A DNA stretch of 64,000 bases from the human T2T-CHM13v2.0 reference genome, Homo sapiens. A program made the translations under genes and the position numbers. Below are positions 50,578 through 64,000 of the stretch, in pieces. Each line of letters begins with the position of its first letter. Position 1 is the first letter of the stretch. Under the pieces are notes generated by a model, which was given only the letters and a program-made list of their open reading frames with translations, made no database searches and had not been told where the DNA came from. The stretch is from the NCBI RefSeq assembly GCF_009914755.1, contig NC_060925.1; one strand, 5' to 3'.

Positions 50578-51489
50578 CTGTGAAAGATGAGTAAAATTGT
50601 GTGTGGTTGGGAGGAGGGATGGGGCTCTAGCAAGGATGCTTGGCTCAAAAGATTTTATAGACAAGTTGCCTGCTCCCTGAAATGTTCAATAATATCCTAG
50701 GTAACTGCCATACCTAGAAAGTGTGCAGGAGCACAAGAAATAGGAAAATCCTCCTCATTCATTTCACTCAACCAGCAAATTCCTGATAACAGAGCCCGAC
50801 AGGGCCAAAATAAGATTACCAACTTATTAATATTGCTGTGAAAATTCTCAATAGAATTATAGCAAGCAGAATCTACCAGGATAACATACCATGACCACGC
50901 AGAGTTTTATTCTAGGAATCTAAGACTGGTTCAATATAAAGAAATCTATGAATATCATTCCATCACATCAATAGTTCAAATAAGAAAAAAAATATAATCA
51001 ACTCACAAAATGCAAGATGGCATTTAATAAAATCCAATATCTATTGCTGTTAAGAATGCATAATAAAATAGCACCAGAAGAAATACTTCCTTGAAACTTT
51101 TTTAGCTTAAATCAGCCTTTAATATCATACTAATGGTGAAAAACTAGAGGCATTCTCATTAAAGAAAAATAAGAGGCATGGGGGAGGATTTGCATCACGC
51201 CATTAACCAATGAAATAAGAAAGAAAAATAATTTAGAGCCACAACATTTGTAAAGAAAGAAATTCTTATTTGCAAATGATATAAAAACCCTTAAAATAAT
51301 CCCTAAACATGAAAACAAGTAGGAGCTAGTAGAGTTAAGTTAAATGACCAGTTAGCACAAATTAATAGTGTTTCTTCATATCAGTGACAATCAGTAAAAA
51401 AACTTAATAGCAAATGAATTCCTTTTACAATATCAGCAAAAACATTAAATAACTAATAATAAACGAAATGAGAAGTGTGCAGTTCCAGT

Positions 51490-51980
<491 letters not shown>

Positions 51981-53494
51981 TAAAAATGACCAGCACAAAA
52001 AAAAAAAAACACCTTTAATGAGAGATATAAACATAGCCTTAAATGAAGAGACATGGTGTGTTTCTGAATGGTAAAGTTCACGTGTAGAGGTGTCAGTTTT
52101 TCCAAATTAATTTTTCAGTTTAATTCCAATCAGAATCATGAAAGGATTTTTCTTTTCCTGATAAAATGACTCTAAAATGTATCTGGAAGACTAAACATGA
52201 ACTAATGACCAAAACATGTTTTAAAAAGAATGAGAGGTAATTCGTACTGCCAGATTTTAAAATATATCATTAAGCCAAATAATTAAATTCATGTTCTAAT
52301 AGCATATGAAAACACAGATAGATCAAAGGAACAGGATAAAAGCTCCCATAAAGAGACTCAAGTAGAGATAAGTATTTAAAACATGAGAAAGATGGCTAGT
52401 TCCAATCAGTAAGTAAATGAATTATTCATTAACTGTGCTGTGACAATTATTCAATTATTTGGAAGAAATTTAAGTTAGAATTCAATCTTAATCTAAAATA
52501 AATTCCAGATAAATTAAAGATTAATGGCAAATGGGTAAGGGGAGGAGCAGAAAAAATACTATAAAAGTACCAAAAAAGAAAATATAGGTGAATATTTTAC
52601 AATATTGGGTAGAGGAGGTCTTTCTAAGCCTTTCAAAAACATCAGAAACCATAAAAGAAAGTTTGATAGCTCCACAAAAATAACATAAAACTTCTACCCA
52701 TTAAAAACCATAAACAAAATTAAATTACAAACACAAACTTGAAATAAATATTTGTAACATATGTGGGAGCATAAAGATGGAAGCTCTTATTTTATAAAAA
52801 GCTCTTAAATTCTACAAAAAGGACGAATACTCCCATAGAAAAATGTGCAAAGGACGAGTATGAACCTTTAACAAAAGAAAAGAAAATAATACAAAGGGGC
52901 TATTAATGTATGAAGAAGTGTGCAACTTCCCTAATAATTAAAATAAACTCAATTTAAACCAACAATGAGATACCATTTTTTGCCTATCCAGTTGGTAAAG
53001 ATACAAAATAAACCATGGCTCCAGCTTTGGTGCGGGAATAGTTGTTTAGAAAGAGATACCTGCTTAACTGTGGGTGGAGGGGGAAATGTATACCCAGCCT
53101 GTTGAGATGGACATTAGAAATTTACCAAAAGCCCTAAAAATGTCCACGCCTGTGACTCGGGAATTTGATATCTAGAAATGGACTCTAACAACAACAGTAG
53201 GCATATGGATCATGTATGGGGAAGGAGATCTAGGGACGTTCAACCAGAGAAATAGTAAACTATTGTCTATGTATTTACATATAATCACAAAAATTTAATG
53301 ACACAGGAAATACCCATGATATATTTTTAAGTGAACAGTGAGGGTTTCTGGCAGAGGTGCAGTACAATTCCCTTTAGAAGAGGAAGAAGAAGAGGAACTT
53401 ATGTCTTTAACATAAGAATAGAAGACATTTCTTGTTTCATTCTTAATGCCTTTCTATATTTTTTCCAATTAAACCTTTATTATTTTTGATAATT

Positions 53495-53915
53495 GATTTT
53501 GTTGAGGTATTATTACATTCTACAAGATTCACCTGTTTTAAAGTGTACAATGATTTTTAGTAAATTTACTGAGTTCTATGACCATAAGCACAATCCTGTT
53601 TTAGAACCTTCCCATCACCCAGTAAGAATCCCCGTGCCCATTTACAGTCAATTATAGTTTTCATTCCCACTCCCAGGCAGCCACTAATTTACTTTTTGTC
53701 TTTTCTGAACATTTCATATAAATGGAATCATGCAATAGGTGGTCTTTTCATCTGGCTTTTTGTATTTCGTGTGCTTTTGCGGTTCATCCATATTAGTGTC
53801 ATGTATCAGTACTTTATTCCTCTTTATTGCTAAATAATATTACTTTGTATAGACGTACCACATTTTATTTTTCTATCCACCAGCTGATGGGTATTTGGAT
53901 TGTTTTAATTGTTTT
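53495..53915 (-). mobile_element. L1M (MB-like) 3' end fragment
   Basis: ttgaggtatt...aagtgtacaatgatttttagtaaattt...atttcatataaatggaatcat. Confidence 0.8.
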
Positions 53916-56291
53916 GAAAATTCTAAAAAGTAGTGGTTTCCAGTCTCTGGTCTGGCATATGACAAGCTTGAAAGTTGCCATTCTGTCCTAACAACCAGTT
54001 AAAGCTGAACAAACTGAAAAATCAACAACTCTTCTTAGATCTGTAAGAGAAGTGAGGTCACAGGGCAAACCACTGCCCCCAGAATTGGAGAGATAGGTAA
54101 ATAGAGAGAATTACAAATTAATGGAGCAGAAACCTCCATGGGAATCGGTGTGCAGGTAGGAAAACCGAAAGTGTAATTGACTAGTTGCTGGAGGCTCAGT
54201 GTGGATAAGTCTGAGAGACAAAAACCTCAGGGGAGGCCTTCACTGGGCCCCCACGCTTTTGTGAGTTTTACTCCTGGAATTCTACCAGGTTCTTAAGTGA
54301 ATATTGGAGAAAAATCCCCATGTGCTTCTGGCAGTGGAAGGGGAAAAGGAATCATTTCAAAATATGCCAGAGCATTCTGTTTTTAACAAGGTTTGTCCTC
54401 AGGGGAAACTAGTTAGCCAGAGCCTAACCTGCTGGGGTTTCATGAGAGACTAACTGACCTGGTGGAAGGGAAATACTCAACTCCAGCCCACCCTAGCCAT
54501 CCTATCCCTTCTACACGTGTGTGTTGCGGGGGAGGTGGGGGAGAAGCACCTGTGAAGTTTACCGCCCAGGGGCACAGGCTCACCAAAAGACTGAGATGTA
54601 ATCATAGCACTATAGAATGCTTCCCCCTCTCCTCACCCCTTACCACTAAATCACTAAAGGCCTTATTTTCAGCAGTTACTTTTACCCAGTGCATCATGTC
54701 CAGCTATCAAGAAAAAATTACAGGGCATACTAAAAGGCATAAAAACCATAGTTTGAAGAGACAGAGCAAGCATCAGAACCAGATTCAGATATGGCATGGA
54801 TTTTGGAATTATCAGACCAGAAATTCAAAACAACTATGATTAATATGCTAAGGGCTCTAATGGATAAAGAGGACAGCATGCAAGAACAGATAGGCAAAGA
54901 GATGGGAATTCTAAGAAAAAAAAAAGAAATGTTAGAGATAAAAAGCAAAACAAAACGAAATACTGTAACAGAAATGAAGAGTGCCTTTGATGGGCTTGTA
55001 AGTAGACTGAACACAGCTGAGAAGTGGGTCTCTGAGCTTGAGGATATCTCAATAGAAACTTCCAAAACTGAAAAGCAAAGAGCAGAAAGACTGGAAGAAG
55101 AAAACAGAATATCCAAAAACTGTGGCTGTAAAAATGCCTAATGGAAATGCAAGAAGGAGAAGGAAGAGAGAAATGATCAGGAGAAATATTTGAAACAGTA
55201 ATGACTTTCCTCAAATTAATGTCAGACACCAAACCACTGATCTAGGATCCTTAGAGCACACCAAGCACAAAGCAGGAAATATGTCCCCAAAATGACACTG
55301 AGGCATATCATTTTCAAACAATAGAAAATCAAAGATCAAGAAAAAAATCCCAACAAGCCCGAAGAAAAATGCATCTTATCTATGGAGGAAAAAAGATAAG
55401 AATTACATCTGACTTCTCTTCAGAAACCATGCAAGCAAGAAGAGGGTGAAGTGAAATATATAAAGTATTGAGAGAAAATAAAAACCAACCTATAATTCTG
55501 TATCCTGAGAAATTATCCTTCAAAAGTGGAGAGAAATAAAGACTTTCTCTGACAAACAAAAATCAATGAAATTTGTTGCCAGTAGATCTGCCTTACAAGA
55601 AATATTAAAAGATGTTCTTTAGAGAGAAGGAAAATAATATAGGTCAAAAACTTCAATCTACATACAAGAAGAACACTGAAGAAAGAATAAGCGAAGGTAA
55701 AATTTAAAAAATGTATTTTTCTTACTCTTAATTGATTTAACAGACAATAGTTTGCTCAAAATAATAATAGCAACAATGTATTCATAAATATCCACTTATG
55801 TATGCTTATATATGAGCAAAATGAATGACAGCAATGATATAAGGATGGGAGGGAGGAATTAGGATTATTTTGTTACTGTAAAATACTCACACTACCTGTG
55901 AAGCAGTATAACATTATTTGAGAATGAACTTGGATTAGTTGCATATGTATATTGCAAACTCTAGGGCAACTACTAAAAAAATAGTACAATTGACATGATA
56001 AGTGAGGAGAGGAAATGAAATGATAAAATATGCTCAATTAAAATCATGAAAGGCAGAAAAGGGCTGGAAGGCAAAAATAGAAACAAAGAACAAGGGCAAC
56101 AAATAGAAAACAGTGACAAATAAGGTAGATATTAATCCAGTTATATCAATTCTCATTTTAAACATCAAAGGTCTAAATGCATCAACTAAAAGAGATTGTC
56201 AAAGTGGATCAAAAAACAAGATCCAACTATATGTTGTCTACAATAAACCTATTTTAACTATACAGGTGCACATAAAATAAAAGTAAATGAA

Positions 56292-59197
56292 CAAATGAAA
56301 AATTTATTCCTGGAATGCAAGGATGGTTCAAAACAACTGATCAATATAATACATCACAGTAACAGAATAAAGGAAAAAAATGCGATCATCTGAATCAATG
56401 CAGAAGCAGCATTTGACAAAATTCAACAACTATTCATGATAAAAGACACTCAACAACTAGGAACAGAAGGGAACTATCTCAACATAATAAAAGCCATTTA
56501 TGAATAGCCCACAGCAAATGTCATACTCAATGGTAAGAGACTGAAAGCTTTTCCTCTAAGATCAGTGACAAGGCTAGGATGTTCACTTTCACCACTTCTA
56601 TTAAACATTCTACTGGAAGTTCTATCCAGAGCAGTTAGGCAAGAAAATGAAAAAGAAGGCATCCAAGTCAGAAAGGAAGAAGTAAAAGTGTCTGTCTGCA
56701 GATAATATGGTCTTATATGTAGAAAACCCCAAATATTTCACAAAAAATCAGTTAGAGCTAATAAAATTTGGCAAAGTAACAGAATACAAAGTCAATACAC
56801 AAAATCAGTTGCATTTCTATACCTAACAATTAACAATCTGAAAAGGATATCACAAAATAATTCCATTTCTAATAATCTCACAAAGGACAAACTACCTAGG
56901 ACTTAACCAAGGAGATGAAAGACTTGTACCTGCTCAATGAAAACTACAAAATAAAATGGGGAAATTATTTAAATAGGCATTTTTCAAAAGAAGACATACA
57001 AATGGCAAGCAGGCATATGAAAAGATGCTCACATCATTGATCATCAGAAAAATGCAAATCCAAACTAGTGAGGCATCATCTGACCTCAGTTAAAATGGCT
57101 TATATCCAAAAGACAGGCAATAATAAATGCTACTGAGGATGTGGAGAAAAGGGAACCCTCATACCATGTTGGTGGGAATGTGAATTAGGACAACCACCTT
57201 GGAGAACAGTTTGGAGGTTCCTCAAAAAACTAAAAATAGAGCTACCATATGATCCAGCAATCTCACTGCTAGATATATGCTCCAAAGAAAGGAAATCAGT
57301 ATATTGAATAGATATCTGCACACCTATGTTTGTTGCAGCACTGTTCACAATAACCAAAATTTGGGAGCAACCTACATGTCCATCAACAGATGAATGGATA
57401 AAGAAAATGTGGTGCTTATACACAATGGAGTACTATTCAGCCATAAAAAGAATGAGATCATCTCATTTTCAACAACATAGATGGAAATGAGGTCATTATA
57501 CTAAGTGAAATAAGCCAGGCACAGAAAGATAAACATCACACACTCTCAAACCAAAACAATTGAAATCATGGAGATAGAGAGTAGAAGGATGGTAACCAGA
57601 GGCTGGGAAGGGTAGTGGTAGGCTGGGTGGGGGGAGGTGGGGGTGCTTAATAGGTACAAAATAGATAACTAGAAAGAATTAATAAGACCTAGTATTTGAT
57701 AGCACAACAGGGTGACTATAATCAATAATAATTTAATTGTACATTTAAAAACTAAAATAGTGTAATTGGATTGTTTGTAACACAAGGATAAATACTTGAG
57801 GGGATGGCTACCTCATTTCCCATGATGTGATTATTACATATTGCATGCCTGTATGCCTTACAAGAAATATTAAAAGATGTTCTTTAGAGAGAAGGAAAAT
57901 AATACAGGTAAACATCTCATGAACCTCATAAATATATACATCTATTATGTACCCACAAAAAATAAAATTTAAAATGTAAAAAGCTCTTCAAAACATTGTT
58001 GAAGGTAATTAAATAAGACATCAATAAATGTAAATACATCCCATGTTCATGGACTGGAAGACTTAATATTGTTAAGGTGTCAATACTGCCCAAAGTGATC
58101 TGTAGATTCAATGAAATCCTTATGACATTTCAATGTCAATGAAAATCCCAATGACATTTTTTTGCAGAAATAGAAAAACCAATCCTAAAATTCATATGGA
58201 ATTGCAAAGGAATCCAAATAGCCAAAAACAGTCTTGAAAAAGAAGAACAAAGTTGAAAGACATTTCCTGATTTCAAAACTTACTACAAAGCTAGAGTAAT
58301 CAAAACAGTGTGATACTGGCATAAAGACAAACTATATATAGAGTCCAGAAATAAAACCTCACATGTATGGTTAAATGATTTTTGACAAAGGTGCTAAGAC
58401 TACTGAATGGGGAAAGGATAGTCTTTTCAACAAATAATGCTGGAATAACTGAATGTCCACATGTAAAAGAATGAATTTGGATCCTTACTTAACACCATAT
58501 ACAAAAACTAACTCAAAATGGATCAAAGACTTAAATGTAAGACCTAAAACTATACAACTCTTAGAAGAAAACATAGAACAAAGGCTTCATGAGATTGAAT
58601 TTGGCAACAATCTCTTGGATATGACACCAAAGGCACAGACAAGAAAAGAAAGACAAATTGAGCTTAATAAAAAATTACCAAAAAACTGTATATCAAAAGA
58701 CACTATTAACAGAGTAAAATGCAACCTATAGAATGCGAGAAGATATTTGCAAATCATACACCTGATAAGGAATTAATATCCAGAACATATTCCAGAACAA
58801 TTAATATCCAGAACAATATCCAGAAAAGAAGGAAATTCGGACATATGTTACATCGTGAATAAACATTGAGGACAGTAGGCTAAGTGAAATAAGCCAGTCA
58901 CAAAAAGACAAATACTGTATGATTCCACTTATATGAGGTACTTAGAGTAGCCAAAATCAGAGAATCAAAAAATAGAAAGGAGGTTTCCAGGGCCTAGAGG
59001 AAGGGGGGAAAGTGAAGTTATTCTTTATGGATATAGAGTTATAGAGTTTCAGTTTTACAAGATGAAAAGAGTTATGGAGATGAGTGGTGCTGATGGTTGC
59101 ACAACATTATGAATGTATTTAGTACCACTGAACAGTACACTTAAAAATGGTTAAGATGGCAAATTTTATGTTATTTGTATTTTACCACAATAAAAAA
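56292..59197 (+). mobile_element. 5'-truncated L1MB-like element inserted in the endonuclease region of the host L1
   Basis: 13-bp TSD AAAAGTAAATGAA at 56279-56291 and 59194-59206; 3' end ggttaagatggcaaattttatgttatttgtattttaccacaat. Confidence 0.85.
56952..57980 (+). mobile_element. 5'-truncated L1MA-like (MA1-3 type) 3' end inserted in the L1MB-like copy
   Basis: gacctagtatttgatagcacaacagggtgact...tatgtacccacaaaa; host ORF2 breaks at gaaaactacaaaa and resumes at caaaacattgttgaagg. Confidence 0.83.
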
Positions 59198-59766
59198 GTA
59201 AATGAATGAAGACATGCCATCCTAATATCAATCAAAAGAAAGTGAAAGTAGCTGTATTCAGATGGAGAAGACTTTGGGTCAAGGAACTTTATCAGAGACA
59301 AAGAGAAGCATTACATAATGATGAAGGGGTCAATTATCCAAAAAGACGTAACAATCTTTAATGTGTATGTGCTCAAAACAGAGCATCAGAATACATGAGG
59401 CAAGGAAAAATGGATGAATTTACTATTCTACTAGGAGACTTCAACACCCTTTTATCAGAAATGGACTGATCCAGTTGACAGAAAATCAGTAAGGTTATAG
59501 TTAAACTCAACAACAGCCTCAGTGAATCAGACGTAATGTACATCTATAGACTACTTCAGTCAACAGCAACAGAATACACATTCTTCTCAAGCTCACATGG
59601 AACATTCAGCAATATAGACCACATTCTGTCCATAAAGCACATCTTAACAAATTTAAAAGACTAGAAATCATATAATGTCTACTCTTAGACCACCGTGGAA
59701 TTAAACTAGAAATCAATAACAGAATGAGATCAGGGAAATCCCCAAATACTTGAAGATTAGGCAATG

Positions 59767-59920
59767 CTCCTCCTCCCCCTCCTGCTCCTCCTCCTCCTCT
59801 TCCTCCTTCTCCTCCTCCTCCTTGTTTTGCTATGTGGACTCAAACTCCTCTGCTCAAGTGATCCTCCCACCTCAGCTTCCAGAGTAGCTGGGACTACAGC
59901 CACATACCACTGTGCCCAGC
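59767..59920 (-). mobile_element. Alu monomer fragment whose tail became a (CCT)n microsatellite
   Basis: ctcaagtgatcctcccacctcagcttccagagtagctgggactacag; TSD ttaggcaatg / ttaaacaatg. Confidence 0.8.
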
Positions 59921-62280
59921 TTAAACAATGTACTTCCAAATAACACATGGGTCACAAAAGAAATTTAAAAATATTTTGAACTAAATAAAAATGAAAGCAT
60001 AACTTATCAAAATTTGTGGGATGTAGTGAAAGCAGTGCATAGAGAGAAATTTATAGCACTGAATGCATAAAATAGAAAAGAAGAAAGATCTAAAATTAAT
60101 AATCCAAGTTTCTACCTCAGGAAACTAGAAAAAGAAGAGCAAATTAAATCCAAAGTAAGCAGAGGAAAAGAAATAATAAAAATTAGATCTGAAATCAATG
60201 AAACTGAAAACAAGAAATCAATATAAAAATATCAATGAAACCAAAAGCTGGTCATGTGAAAAGACAGATAAAATTGATAGGCCTCTAATTTGGCCAATTA
60301 AGAATAAAAAAGAGAGGATACAAATTGTTAGTATCAGAAGTGAAAGAGGGGACATCTCTACAGATCTCGTGGACATTAAAAAGATTATCGAGGAATATTA
60401 ATAACTCTATGTCCACTAATTTGCTAACCTAGATGAAATGAATGAAACACAATTTGTCAAAATTCATGCAAGAAGAAAGAGAACATTTGAACAGGACTCT
60501 CTCTATTAAAGAAATTGAATTAATAATAAACCTTACAAAGCAGAAATCACCAGGCCCAGATGGGTTCACTGGTAAATTCTACTAAACATTTAAGAAAGAA
60601 ATAATACAAATTCTCTACACTCTATTGGAAAACAGAAGCAGAGGACTATTTCTTAACTCATTTTACAAGGCCAGCACTACTCTAATACCAAAATCAGACA
60701 AAGACATCACAAGAAATAAAACTACAGATCAATATCTCTCATTAATACAGATACAGAAATCCTCAACAAAAAGTTAGCAAATTGAATCCAATCATGTATA
60801 AAAAGAACTACATAACACAACCAAGTGGGATTTACCCCAGGTATGCAAGGCTGTTTCAAGATTTAAAAATCAATTAATGTAATCCATTATATCAGTATCA
60901 ACAGGCCAAAGAAGAAAAATCACATGATCATATCAACAGATGCAGAAAATGCATTTGACAAAATCCAACACCCCATTAATGATAAAAACTCTCAGTAAAG
61001 TAAGAATAAAGGGGAATGTCCTCAACTTCATAAGAATATTAATAGCAGAATACACATTCTTCTCAAGCACATCTACAAAAACCCACAGTTGACATCATAC
61101 ATAATAGTGAGAAACTTGAAGCTTTCCCACTAAAATCAGGTACAAGGGAAGGATGTCCCCTCTCCCACTGCTTTTCAAGATCACACTGGAAGTCCTAGCA
61201 AATGCAATAAGGCAAGAAAAGGAAACGAAAGAAATTCAGATTGGGGAGGAAGAAATAAAACTGTCTTTGTTTACAGGTGACATGATCCCCTATGTAGAAA
61301 ATCCACGTGAATCAGGAACAAAAGAGAAAACTACCTCTTGGAATTAATAAGCAATTATAGAAAGGTGGCAGAATATACGGTTAATATGCAAAAGTCAATT
61401 GCTTTTCTATATACCAGCAATGAACAAATGGAATTTGAAATAGAAACAAGATCACTTACATTAACATGCAAAGAAAAGAAACACTTGGGTTATAAATCTA
61501 ACAAAATATGTACAAGATATATTTGAGGTAAAACTCACAACTCTAATGAAAGAAATCAAAGAATAACTAAATAAATGGAGAGACCTTCAATGTTCATGGA
61601 TAAGAAAAGTCAATTATTTTCAAGATGTGAGTTTTTCCCAAATTGATTTATAGATACAGTGCAATCCCAATCAAAATCTCAGCAAGTTATTTTGTGGCTA
61701 TTGACAAATTGATTCTAAAGTGTACATAGAGAGGCAAAAGACCAGAATAATCAACACAATATTGAAGGAGAAGAACAACATTGGGAGATCAACACGGCTC
61801 AACTTCAAGACTTGCTATAAAGCTATAGTAATCAAGACAGCATGATGTTGGCATATAGACAGACAAATAGATCATTGGAACAGAATGGAGAATTCAGATG
61901 CAGACCCACATAAATAAAGTCGACCGATCTTTGACAAGGGAGCAAAGGCAATACGGTGGAGAAAAGAAAGACTTTTCAACAAAAGGGCTAGAACAACTGG
62001 ACATCCACATGCAAAAAAGAATCTAGACACAGACCTTACACCCTTCACAAAAATGAACTCAAAGTGTATCAGAGACCTCAATGTACAATGCAAAACTATA
62101 AATTGCCAAACTTGGGTTTGGCAATGGCTTTTTAGATATAATACCAAAGGCACGACCCATGAAAGAAATAATTGATAAGCTGGACTACATTAAAATTAAA
62201 ATTTTCTGCTCTGCAAAAGACACAGTAAAGAGAATGAAAAATGAAGCCACTGACTGGGACATATCTGATGATGGACTACT

Positions 62281-62568
62281 TTTTTTTTTGAAACAGGGTC
62301 TTGCTCTGTTGCCCAGGCTGGTGTGCAGTGGTACAACCTTGGCTCACTGCAACCCCTGCCTCCTGGGTTCGAGTGATTCTCCTGTCTCAGCCTCCTGAGT
62401 AGCTGGGATAAGAGGCGTCCACCACCACATCCGGCTAATTTTTGTATTTTTAGTAGAGACAGGGTTTCCCCATCTTGGCCAGGCTGGTCTTGAACTCCTG
62501 ACCTCGAGTGATCTGTCTGCCTCGGCCTCCCAAAGTGCTGGGATTACCGTGAGCCACCACGCCCGGCC
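62281..62568 (-). mobile_element. AluS (Sx/Sz-like) inside the L1
   Basis: TSD TGATGATGGACTA at 62266-62278 and 62569-62581. Confidence 0.93.
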
Positions 62569-64000
62569 TGATGATGGACTATTATCCAACATATGCAAAC
62601 CACTTTTAAAATTCAACAATAAGAAAACAAACAACCTTATTAAAAAGTGGGCCAAAGACCTTAACAGAATATATACAGATGGAAAATAAGCATATGAAGA
62701 TACTCCATATTATATGTCATTGAGGAAATGTAAATTAAAACAACAACAAGATACCACTACACATCTGTTAGAATGGCCAAAATTCAGAACACTAGCAACA
62801 CCAAAGGCTGGCAAGGATGCGGGGCAACAGGAGCCCTCATTCACTGCTGGTGAGAATGCAAAATAGTACAGCCACTTTGAAAGAAAAGTTTTTCAATTGC
62901 TTATGAAATTAAACATACTCTTACACGCAAGTGCAATGGCACTCCTTCGTATTTACACAAAGGAGTTGAAAATATGTCCACACAAAAGCCTGCACATGGA
63001 TGTGTATAGCAGCTTTATTCATGGTTGCCCAAACATGGGAGAAATCAAGATATCCTTCAGTAGATGAGTGGATACACAAACTGGCTACATCCAGACAATG
63101 GAATATTATTCAGCACGTAAAAGAAATGAGCTATCAAGCCATGAAAAGATAAGGATAAAACTTAAGTGCCTATCACTAAGCGAATGAAGCCAATGTGAAA
63201 AGGCTACAGACTATATGATTTCAACTACTGACATTCTGGAAAAGGCATAACTATGGAGATAGTAAAAAAAAGCAGTGGCTTCCAGCGGGTGGAGGAGGGA
63301 GAGATGCATTGGTAAAAACACAGAGGATTTTTAGGGCAGTCAAATGATTCTGTATGATACTATTATAGTGAATACATGTCATTATACATTAGTCAAAGCC
63401 CACAGAATGTACACCACCAAGAATGAACCTTAATGTAAACTATGGACTTTGGATGATGATGATGTATCAGTATAAGTCCATTCATTGTAACAAATGTACC
63501 TCTCTGGTGGCAGATGTTGATAATGGAGGAGGCTATGCATGTGTGTGGGCAGGGGGTATATGGGAAATCTCCGTGCCTTCCACTCAGTTTTTGCTGTGAA
63601 CTTAAAACTGCTCCAAAAAATAAAATCTATTAAAAAGAAAAAAGGGTAATGTTTTAACACGTGAACACACAACTGTGTCCCTTCCAGAGTACTCCAGCAT
63701 GCTTACAGTTTGTAACACTTAAGTGTGTACGCGTGTGCATCCACACAGGTGTGCATCGACATGCCGAGCACGTGCATAAAACAAGACAAGAAGAATTCGT
63801 ACCAAAAGTTAAGGGTGGTTTTCTCTGAGTGGTAGGCTCATGGGTAAATTTAATTTCCTTCTTTGTGTTTTTCTGTATTTTTAAAAAGTTCTGCAGTGAA
63901 CATGTGTTACATTTCTCATCAGAAAAGCCATCGTGATTGTGTGTATGTGTTTAAAGGGAAATAAATGATCAAAATACCATATGACCCAGTAATTCCATTT

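Larger units (their letters stand above)
53935..63643 (+). mobile_element. Near full-length degenerate L1MC1-like element (host of nested insertions), antisense to GRIK3
   Basis: 5'UTR, then ORF1 remnant (ELSDQKFKTTMINMLRALM...SRLNTAEKWVSELED), ORF2 remnants ([20 protein letters not shown]...[15 protein letters not shown]), and 3' end ttttgctgtgaacttaaaactgctc...aataaaatctatt plus A tail. Confidence 0.85.

Noticed and set aside
54791-61526. ORFs resembling L1 ORF1p and ORF2p
   Set aside because: Short fragments broken by stops and frameshifts in dead L1 copies; no intact or domesticated gene.

Overview
This is primate DNA, most likely human. It holds an internal part of the kainate receptor gene GRIK3 (GluK3/GluR7) on the minus strand. 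Nine coding exons (2-10) have canonical GT-AG boundaries and splice into one open frame covering about residues G39-H510, which is the amino-terminal domain plus most of ligand-binding segment S1. Exon 1 lies beyond the right edge and exons 11 onward beyond the left edge. Codon 310 is Ala (GCC), the site of the known Ser310Ala polymorphism. The rest is intron, rich in MIR, L2, hAT/Mariner, MaLR/ERVL and Alu repeats. The last 13 kb is an L1 graveyard with three nested elements (L1MC1-like > L1MB-like > L1MA-like). I see no second protein-coding gene or new coding system, and the other ORFs look like noise. The most interesting unexplained structure is non-coding: (1) a 101-bp ungapped non-Alu inverted repeat in intron 3 that pairs better on the GRIK3 sense strand; (2) a duplicated ~180-bp module carrying E-box plus homeobox motifs in intron 5; (3) strongly A/T-ending codons at the start of exon 8, continuous with an AT-rich intronic block; (4) three templated-insertion scars clustered in the L1 nest. 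Exon numbering, repeat subfamily names and reference alleles come from recall, not from searches. Repeat boundaries are approximate.
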